A stretch of 63,943 nt of DNA, counting the filler, from Reticulomyxa filosa (taxonomy: Eukaryota; Protista; Foraminifera): the NCBI GenBank assembly GCA_000512085.1. It is 22 parts of 22 records of this genome, joined end to end, with 100 filler letters (N's around TTAATTAATTAA, not from the genome) between each part and the next. Parts side by side here need not be neighbours in the genome. Positions count along the whole stretch, not along the records: positions 51,469 to 55,384 come from ASPP01048600.1; positions 55,485 to 60,185 come from ASPP01007970.1; positions 60,286 to 62,095 come from ASPP01006089.1; positions 62,196 to 63,943 come from ASPP01003644.1; 18 more parts are not named here. One strand, 5' to 3'. The position numbers and the translations under genes were made by a program. Under the pieces are notes generated by a model, which saw only the letters and a list, made by a program, of their open reading frames with translations, made no database searches and was not told the DNA's origin. Within the stretch, counting starts at the first letter, position 1. Each line of letters opens with the position of its first letter. Of the stretch, positions 54,127 to 63,943 are shown one piece after another.

Positions 54127-54766
54127 CTATCATTTTGTTGTCATTTAAAAAAATAAATGTTTCTTAATTACTTTAAATTTTTTATTTTTCTTAAAATTTT
54201 CAAACATTGAATAAAATTATAAAAATTTATTGCAAAAAATACAAAGAAACTCTATTTAATATCAACATTACTAACACGACCAATTGAATTACAAAACAAG
54301 ATTTGCTTTTCAAAGTTTAAGGAACTTGTTATTCTTATCATACAATAAAAAATCAATATAAATTTATTTGTGAATATCCAAATTATATAGTATGAATTGG
54401 ACATTAATAAATAATAATGAAATAACTTTATTGCTTTTTGAATCTTCTTGTGATGGAGAAAATAAAAATATATTATAATGAAATATGTAAGTATTTGTAA
54501 TAATAATAACAAAATAAATAAATTAAATAATTATTATAAATGGATTCCTTTTAATGAAATTATTATTGGTAAAGAAATAATAAATTATTTTTTAATTTAT
54601 TTATTTAAAATATTATTATCGTCAAATTTCAATCAATAATAATATATTTTTACAAAATAATATAAAACAGATAATATTTTAAAATACAGTATCAACTACG
54701 AAAAGTGCACACTATCAATATATTTTTTGTTAAATTCCAATCGACGTACAAAAGTAAGTAGTTTTA

Positions 54767-55296
54767 CAGTAGTTTGCAAAAAAAAAAGATTCGACTGCGC
54801 ATTTATCACTCAAAATAGATTTTCTTCATGATCAATACTTTTATTGATATTCCATTTTGTTTGAGACGTTTTTTTCCAATTTTGGAAAGTCAGCACGCCA
54901 ATCTTGAAGCGTTTTGCCACTTTTCGCATTGACTTTCCATCCAAAAGCATTTGCAAAGCTATTACACTTGTAAACTTATCACATTGCTTCATAATAATTA
55001 TTCTTACTTTTTTCTTTGTTTATTTTGCATTAAATATTTTAAAATGAATTATTGACTAATGTTAAACTCTTTTTGTTTGGTAAGATATGTTTTTTTAACA
55101 TTAAATTTTTCAAACCACTTAGGAAAAGAATGATGCAAGATATAAGATAGTACAACATAGACGGAAGATAATCTGTTATTTGTTCTATGTATCTACAAAA
55201 TCATTTTTACTCTAGCGCTTTTTAATAAAGATATATAAGTCAAATACTAAAAAAGCCATCTTTCTTTTTGTGTAATGTTTTTTTTGCAAACTACTG
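54767..55296 (-). mobile_element. Tc1/mariner deletion derivative with 19-bp TIRs and a TA target duplication
   Basis: TA|CAGTAGTTTGCAAAAAAAA...TTTTTTTTGCAAACTACTG|TA; internal ORF 54810-54992 encodes an HTH (GKSMRKVAKRFKIG...W). Confidence 0.9.
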
Positions 55297-55484
55297 TAAT
55301 ATGGGCATTAACACTTTTAGTAATACAGATTTTTGATATAAGTAATTCAAAAAAGAATTTATCAAATAGATCTTTAACACAAGTNNNNNNNNNNNNNNNN
55401 NNNNNNNNNNNNNNNNNNNNNNNNNNNNTTAATTAATTAANNNNNNNNNNNNNNNNNNNNNNNNNNNNNNNNNNNNNNNNNNNN

Positions 55485-55519
<35 letters not shown>

Positions 55520-55522
<3 letters not shown>

Positions 55523-55991
55523 AGTATGCGGATCAACCACAATTTTGATATTTTGCATTGTACCAAATGGGGAAAATAAAGTTCCCAAAGCACCTTCATT
55601 CATGCTCGGTGGAATATAATTTATAATCAAATTTGTCTTTGATTCTTGCGATGTCTGTCCCCCCGTTTTTTAACTTAACATATTTAAAAACATTATTTTT
55701 GTTTTTTTAAAAAAAACATCCACAGCCACATGTTTTTTGCCCATTTTTTACAGTTGGTGTTGACATTGTTGATGCATTCGTTGCGTTTGGTGACGTTCCT
55801 GAATTAGCTGGTGTTGACTCATTCTTTCCGATGTTGTTGCCATCACCTATGTTGTCCAGTGACCTTGAAGTCACTTCACTGTTCTCATTATTGTTTTTTT
55901 TGCTGCCACTCGACGCAGATGTGTCCACCACTTGAGCTGACATTGGATCACTTATCGTGAGTCGTTGCATGTCATTTTCTATTGTGCTCAT
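55520..55991 (-). CDS. ELAV/Sxl-like RRM RNA-binding protein, N-terminal part
   Basis: SKTNLIINYIPPSMNEGALGTLFSPFG.MQNIKIVVD..TG. Confidence 0.8.
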
Positions 55992-56534
55992 TACTGCCGC
56001 TATTTTTTTTTTTATCCTTTGGTGAATGTTTGCTGTCAACAAGCATTCCCTCTTTGTTTGAAGTGCCCGTTCTCGACGCAAATAATATTAGCCACGGAAT
56101 GTATATAAAGTAAAGTTAATAAAATTTATAGCTACGACGCACTCTAGAAGCTCTTATATCATATACATCGATTACTGATGAAAGGTCGATAGAAACATTT
56201 ATACATTAATTTGCATTGCTTTGACTAATAAATAATTGGATTATGGATAATTTGAACTACGTAAACATAATACAATTTCGTAACTAATACTTAACTATCT
56301 AACAAAACGAATAATATTATCAGTTGAATTCATAAAAAGAAACAAACGAAATAGTCTTACCACTAACTTATGCAGTATTTTTTTTTAGCTTTGAAACAGT
56401 GGTAATAACTACTTTGCAATTTTATAAAAATGTAAAGATAACTTCGCTGTTATGTATTTTGGTCCGCAAATTTTTGAACGAAGAAAGCGGTTGTTGCGTA
56501 AGTTTTTTGGGTCTTTAAAAAAAATTGATAATAA

Positions 56535-57662
56535 ATGGCGCAAGACGTGAAAAAAGTTGTGAATGATGCAAAAGAAAGCATATCAAAGCGATTGGAAATG
56601 AAAGGGCTTTTGAAACAAGCAAGAGCCAGTTTGGAGCAGCTTGTGAATTCCAAGTTCGTCGTCGAACGAAAGCTAGCGAATCATATGCTGTATGAAGCTC
56701 AAGGAATCGTATTTATAACCAGTATTAAGGCTCAATTTGGCCTTGGTGCGTTTGTGTTTATATTAATTTTCATAAGCATCCCTTCCTTTTAACTCGTTGT
56801 AATAAACACTTGTTTTGTCGACAGGTGCCGAGGTAGGGAGCGGAATAGTAATGAAAATTGGTGACTGGGCGCAAGGTTGGTCCGGTCCGTGCGCAGTTGT
56901 AATGGGTGGATTGGGGTTCGGATTTCAGCTTTCGGCCTCTCATGGTTTGTTTGCTTTTTTTTTTTTTTTTTTTTTCCTCCTCTTTTCTTGGCTCCAAACA
57001 ACAAAAAATGGTCTTTATATACATATACATATATATGTGTATGTATGCATCCCTTTTGATTGCCTCCATATCAAATACAAAATAAAACAAATGGATAAAC
57101 GGAAAGTGGATCACATAATCGTGCTTCGCCACAAAGATGCAGTAGAAACCTTTACAAGTGCAAATCAACTGAAATTGTCTGGAAGCGTTAGTGTTGTTGT
57201 TGGGAAAGGTGCAGAAGCAGGTGCGCAAGTGAGTGTAACTGACAAACTAGATACAGCTGCTATAATTACCTATTCGCAAGCGTCCGGAGTGTCTTTAGGT
57301 GCTTCGTTAGATGGTCAAGTTGTAACGTGTCGACAAGACTGTAACAAGTGCCAATACAAAAGATTCATTCATTTGTTTTTTTTTTAACGAGCACTTTTTT
57401 TTTTGTGCATGTTTAATTATATTGCATGTACAAACTATACTTACGTATATCTATTGACAACTGTCATTTGTTTCTTTTGTTTGTTGATATGGAGTGCAGA
57501 GATTTTTATGGCAAACCGGTGACATCGAAAGATATTTTTGATTTTCGGGTTGAAAAACCAAAAAATGATGACTTTGTTGCCATTTGTGAACTGTTGGATG
57601 AGTATACCAGAAAAGATCCTAACGAAACTAGTGCGACTAATGAAAGTGAGCAGAAAGACTAA
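56535..57662 (+). CDS. SYLF (Ysc84/SH3YL1 lipid/actin-binding) domain protein, 4 exons
   Basis: AQGIVF..KA.FG.G|AEVGSGIV..WSGPCAV..GG.GFGFQ..IITYSQASG..GASLDG..C..FYG. Confidence 0.88.
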
Positions 57663-58074
57663 AAAAAAAATAAAAGACTATGAATTAACGGATAACCAAG
57701 CGCACTTTCGCGTGCAGATTCCAAATTTTCTTTACGTGTTGCTACTTTGTTCTCTTTGGTAGCAACATCTTGTTTAATGTGCACACTTGAGCCTTGTAAC
57801 TTCTGCTTGTGCAGAAGTAAAACTTGTTTAGCAGTGTTTTTTCCCTCCATTTGCCTGTATCATTTGTTGATGCATGGAAGACCTTTTTTAAAGTGTCAAA
57901 AACGAATGTCTTTAGCAATAATTTTAAAAAAATCCTTCTTTAGCATGGATTGCAAAATTAAAATTGCATATTTGAGAAGGAGTGTCTATCAAAGTTGACA
58001 GGGCCACAAAAAGAATACAAATAATGTAAGACGTTCATTTTCTCAACTACTTTCGCCCCTTTCTCTTCTTGAAT

Positions 58075-58490
58075 ATGGCAGATAATTTGGAAGTGAAGAG
58101 TGCGACACAAGATGAGGTGGCTCTGGACGAGCATTTAGGCTGGAGTTCAGATGTTAATAGTACTGATGAAGAAGCTATGCCAAATGACGACAGTTCTGGT
58201 AAAAAGAAGTCAAATCGAGGCAGACGTCAAAGTAGACGAAAAAGACAAACGTTAGTATTAATTGGGAGCTCTTCCCAAGCGACCAAATTGAACATCGACA
58301 TCAAGGATGTGAAATTTCTGAGCACACTTTTTTCCCATTACAAAAGAGTGACGGAAGTGATGATAGTTCAAGGACAAGGTGGATGGGACAGCATTAAGTC
58401 AACGTGAGTTTCCATCGATTGCACGTACCAAAGCGCCCTACCAAACAAACATGCACACAAGCTGTGTTCAAAGAAGGGCAAATCTACAGC

Positions 58491-58522
<32 letters not shown>

Positions 58523-60185
58523 AATAAATAAAATAGAGACAATGAAAGTCAAGAAGCGATGGTGTATGTATTTATTCGTTGGCGAGCACAAAAGTGGTTG
58601 AGTGAAGCAATGACAGAGATGAAAGAAAGAGCAAAGCAATGTAAGCCTGACGAGATGGCTTGGAAAGTGAAAACAGTGACAAAAATGCCACAATTAAAAA
58701 AAGAAAAAGAGACCAATAGGATGGACAATGCAACAGCAATAGCAACAGCAACAACAACAACAGAGTCAACAAATCCGAGCACATTTGACACAGTAATGAA
58801 CATGAAGGAGTCGATAAACAAAGGACAATTGCCGACCATTACAGAAAGCGTGACGGTGGCATCGGAAGCAAAAGAAGAAAAAAGTGTGGGGTTTCAATTG
58901 GAGAAGAACACCGTTTCCAAGGCCTTAAAACCAAAGGCCTTGGAAAAGGTCACATGTTTGACGTGGGGTCCAGCGACACTTGTCAAGCACGGATGTCTAT
59001 CCAAGTATTGCGCCGTTGCGTACAGTGGAGGAATTGTTCGCATCTATCAATTGGTCGAAGATATTTCCGATCCAAATGGTCCAGAGACCTTTACCAAAGG
59101 TTTTTGTTCCCTCCCCTCTTTGCTCACCTATATACCATCTTTTGCACAAACAAAACAAACAAACAAAAAAAATAAAAGTAGATTTGAACAGCCCAGACCA
59201 TTACAAAGATCGCAAAAATGCGGAAATGGACATGGAACAATACATCGACTTGAAATGCATTGACTCGTTTGACCTGCCCAAGTGCGAGAAATGCGTTTGC
59301 ATGAAGTTTAATGATCGACTAGTGAAGTGGCCCACATACACGATCCAACTGGCTTGTTTGTATGTCGAACCCCAGGTATTGTCTTCTACTCCATCCAATT
59401 GCAAGACTCCCATGCCATTCGAATCGATATGCTGAAGAACATCCCCATCGAAACTTGTCTTCATCCCTCGATTGAAGTCATCCCACACTTGCTGGACTTT
59501 TCGTTTTGCAATTGCTATCTCTGGATCACTGGTCACATGAGATTCCGTCGACAGAAAGGAAGAGAAGGGCGTCCTCGCAAACTTCACGAAGTCGCATCCA
59601 CTTCTTCCATGTTCTGTTTAATATTATATACACATAACATATATACATATATACATATATATATATATGTATATGTATACGTTAATGTCTATTATAGTTC
59701 ATGCATCCCATATTACATTCCCAAATGCAAAAATATATATATATATATGTTTATATTTATATGTATAACAAAAAGATCGGTGGTGAAAGAGAGTGAAGAT
59801 ATACGAAATGAGAACATATCGCAAGAGGAGGCGAATAAGAAAGGACAGTATGTTGGATGCTTGGCATTTGTGGATGTGGATAATTTTCCGGATAAAGTAG
59901 CGTTTAGTACCAGTGATCACCAATCGTATCCGGATCTAAATCAAGAGAAACTCGAAAGTTTTTTTAAAGATAATGTGCTCTCCATCGCCTGGCCGTCCAA
60001 GCTGGCGGAGCTGTTGGACTCACTCCTCAACCAAAAGGCGGCCTCCGTCGAACGGACCTCCACTCTGTCCCTTGCCTCGCTTTCCGCCTTTCAAAATGAG
60101 CACGATTTCAAGCCCAAAATGTTTGAGCAGCAGCAAGTTACATTTGACAGCATGGTGTTTAGCAAAGGTATTGAGATCACACACA
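58075..60185 (+). CDS. Large multi-exon hypothetical protein with a possible beta-propeller segment (3' truncated)
   Basis: Consecutive coding exons; VTCLTWGP..YCAVAYSGGIVRIYQL. Confidence 0.6.
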
Positions 60186-60408
60186 NNNNNNNNNNNNNNN
60201 NNNNNNNNNNNNNNNNNNNNNNNNNNNNNTTAATTAATTAANNNNNNNNNNNNNNNNNNNNNNNNNNNNNNNNNNNNNNNNNNNNGGGAAGGGAAGGGAA
60301 GAGGAACAAACTCAAACTAATAAAAATAAAAAAAATGACAGACGATATCAATTACGAGTATTAAATAAACCACAGCAGTTAATCGAAGATGAAGACATCT
60401 TTTATAAA

Positions 60409-62095
60409 GAAGTGAAGCCGAAAAGTAATTATTTGGAATATGAGATCGGACTGTACGACAGTCACAACAAAATGATGAAATTGACAGATCGCGAAATTGC
60501 CATCGAATGCAGCGTTTGTTTTGAAGACAAAAGCATTGTGCTGGGCGACGTTTGCGCACAAATGAAATGTGGACTGCTGCAGGTGAAGTCGCCTCCCATT
60601 CAAACCAGTTGCAACGGTGGCAGTGGCCACGTGTATTCCGACAAATCGCTGTTGCATCAAATCGACAATGCCACGGGAAAATGTGTCATCCCTCTGCGCG
60701 TCGAACATACCAGCAGCAAACACAGCGATCGAAAGTTCCGAATCAGATTCGCCGCCGACACCAACTCCACGCCTTTCAATTTGGACATCGCCCCTGCGTA
60801 CACTGATACTTTCTTGGTCCGAACCAAAATTAACAAGTATCGACTCCCAGGATACGTTGAGTTTGTTGTTTTTTTTTTTTCCCAAGAAATTCCTTTGTGA
60901 GTGGACTTGCATGCAAAATACCCAAAAGATGAGAGGAGAGATGTAAAGGCCTATAGTTGATTCCATTTTTTTTTTTTTGGAAGTTGGCCGGTGTGACACA
61001 TTACACATTACACATACATATACATATAAACATATACATTTATATTTATATATGTATATATTTATTATATATATATTTATATGTGTTTATGTGTGTGTTG
61101 CATGGATATAATACATACATATCGTAGGAAAGTCCCAAAACAAAGAGACAAAGACAACAAAAAAGAACGAGGGGACAAATGAAAAGGAGTGCACGAAAAG
61201 AGAAAAGCGAAGACGAGGAGTACGAGAACGACGATAATGACAATGACAATGATAACAACAATGACAGTGAGTATGACAATGACAATGGGAGACATGACAC
61301 GAATGGTCACAGAGGTCATGGCGGGAATGTTGTTGAGAACAGCCACGGACGTGTGGGCGAAGGCCGTGGCAATAATGGCGATCGAAAGCGATTGGAGAGA
61401 TGCATCCATGGCAATGGACGCAACGGTGTTCATTATTATGAGCTTCCCCCACTTCAAAAAAAATATGGCGAGAGCAGCAACAACAATAATAACAATATCA
61501 ACAATGAAGATAATGGTCATTCAAATCACAATTCGAATGATAACAACGATGGCACTGTGTCAATGAAATCCGAAGAGTCCTGGGCTACCAATGACAGTAG
61601 CAATGACATACCGTTGTTATTGCAATTGCCTCGATTGAGTGGTTTGTTTGGTTCTTTTCATCCCGGCTTTCCTCAAACCACGTCCAAAGTGGAATGGCGT
61701 GGGATGAGTGATTTCCATGAAAATCATTTGTTTGCACCTATGACAGTGCCGACGACATCTGCAATAATCACTGGTACTGCCACTGCCGCCGCTTCTGCGA
61801 GTGCTACTGCTTCTACTACTGCTGTACCAACGACGACAACGGCGACAATAACGCCTGCGACAAGGACGGGAAAGAGAAACAGAGATCAAATGCTAAGCAC
61901 AGAACAGCAATTGAAGTCGCTGACGCCTCCGTCCAAGAAAATGAAGATGGAAAGGGAGACGAATGGCGCGAGCAAAGAGCAAACGCAAAAAACAGAAAGA
62001 AGGAGAGCGAATGACAATACGCTTTGTCATTCGAATCACAAGGCATGTAGCAATTACAATCACGCCAATGACACCGACAATGACAATGACAATGA
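60409..62095 (+). CDS. Putative transcription factor: CudA/STAT-like Ig-fold DNA-binding domain, low-complexity tail and basic NLS-like motifs
   Basis: GKCVIPLRVEHTSSKHSDRKFRIRF...IAPAYTDTFLVRTK; GKRNR and PPSKKMK. Confidence 0.5.
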
Positions 62096-62290
62096 NNNNN
62101 NNNNNNNNNNNNNNNNNNNNNNNNNNNNNNNNNNNNNNNTTAATTAATTAANNNNNNNNNNNNNNNNNNNNNNNNNNNNNNNNNNNNNNNNNNNNGCGTA
62201 TGTATATGTGTATGTATATGTATATGTATATATGCATATGCATATAAAAAAACAATTGTATGTATGTATGTGACGCCAATAAACAAACAG

Positions 62291-63943
62291 AAAGATTTTC
62301 GAAACGTTGACCAAGCATTATACAACGCATCTTGGTCGATTCAAAACTTGTTTCGAGATCCTCGTAGCGTGCTGAGCACACGACGAACGGATGAGTTTAA
62401 AACGTTCAAAGACAACTTGCGGACGGTGCTGGACTACTTTGAGCAAAACCGAATCCAAGAGATGGACGCGCTGCAGCATTACAAGTCGAAAGAGGAAAGC
62501 AACGGCGCGTGGATGTTGGACGACATGTCCAATGGCAACTTCAAATATCTCACCAATTGCAATTTGTTCGCCTTGCAGTTGTCCGACCCGACCATTCGTC
62601 GAAACATTTTGGTCCAAACGCTCATTTTTTGTCATTCCCATATTGTGGTAAGCAAAACACATTATATCTCAATGTGTTTGTAAATACAACATACACACAA
62701 ACACATATATCGGCAAAGAATGCTCCATGGGACCGCAAACCCTTGAGTGCCATGTCGACAGAAGAGGACAAGAAATGGTTCGAAGAGACACACAAACGTG
62801 TGCTGACGAAACTCTTACCTGGCATCCCTCCCAATGGCAGCAATTTCGCCACTCTCGTCAAAGGGATGTTGGACACCGATTACAATTGGCTGCAGTGGAA
62901 ATACAGCGACGGCGATAAGGCCAGCGACTCAAAAGACAAGGACGGCGATCGCTGCTTACAGATGAAAAAACCACCGGACCTGGATTTAACCAAATACATT
63001 TCTGCACATGAGCATGACTTGGAGTTACCAGTGTTGGAAAGATTAAAAGTTTCAAATAATACATATAATACATATAATACATATATGTATGTACACAAGT
63101 CAATGACTATGATTTATGATGTTTTTATTTATGATTTATAATTTATGATTTATAATTTATAATTTATAATGATACACAGAAAGACAAGTATAGCTTTCAT
63201 CAATTGTCCTCGCAAAAAGAACAACACGATCCAGTGCTGGGAACCAACGTCACCATGATGGGACATACCGGCTTGTGTACCCTTTGGCAATACATGCCGG
63301 AGATGTTCGACGTGGAGTGCCAACTGCAGAAGAAGCGCCAATGGAACAGTCAAGTCGGAAACACGAGCAGCGCCTGCATTGCCTCTCGAAGTATGTACGT
63401 ACCGGCAAATCCCAACGAAGGGCTGGAATGGCTCCAAATGAATCGTCGCAATCCTGGGTTTTCTTTTACGGAAATTTCCAAAGAGTACGTTCAAAAGAAG
63501 CTTGCCGATGCCACCGATGACTACGAACTGGCCGAAGATAAAGTTATGTGCATATATAAATAAATAAATAAATAAATATATACACATATATATATTTATA
63601 TATATATATATGTACATATATAATATATATAAATATATATATATGTATATATTTTTATATACATTTATATTTATTTATTGTGTATATGTAACGAAAAACA
63701 ATAGTTGGGCCAAACTGATTTGCTGTGCGATGACGCAAGGTTTGTGTTTGAGTCATTGCGCGTATTTCGCGAAAATGACTATGAATTATTCCACGAATGC
63801 GCTCCATTGGACCAGTACTTGCTTGGCGAGAACGCCCTCAACACAGAGTTTGTGCGCAACGCAATGATGAATTGGCACAAGCACAGAAAGTTTCGCTTCC
63901 CGCAGTCCGACGACGTCAAGCTCTCGAAGCAAAAGACCGATCC
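62291..63943 (+). CDS. THOC1: THO complex subunit 1 (Hpr1), internal exons
   Basis: KYLTNCNLFALQLSDPTIRRNILVQ.LI and PPNGSNF...V..ML....NWLQWK. Confidence 0.88.

Overview
The window is not one locus. It is 22 short contig pieces (about 1-5 kb) joined by 21 artificial 100-nt linkers (44 N + TTAATTAATTAA + 44 N). Most pieces come from a very AT-rich, intron-containing eukaryote. Its expanded WD40 and kelch-like families (IQHWIRxLxIKLxWIxxFDK, ICSGSxDxTIRxWD) resemble those of the foraminiferan Reticulomyxa filosa; this assignment is from memory, not a search. Recognisable genes: mitochondrial T7-type RNA polymerase, RACK1, dynein roadblock light chain, EB1, ERO1, VIT1/CCC1, CAX, HAD phosphatases, ABHD13/BEM46, a SYLF protein, an ELAV-like RRM, TBCA and THOC1. 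There are many decayed copies (SAHH, aldo-keto reductase, WD40, kinase) and several Tc1/mariner-derived elements. Two contigs look foreign: a ciliate-type rDNA (5022-6406) and a bacterial/phage-like piece (28434-29628). The most notable unexplained signals are a dense multi-hairpin, ncRNA-like segment (about 27920-28130), introns with U-rich 5' halves and A-rich 3' halves, and strong purine/pyrimidine switches within genes. I found no multi-gene system that I can support.
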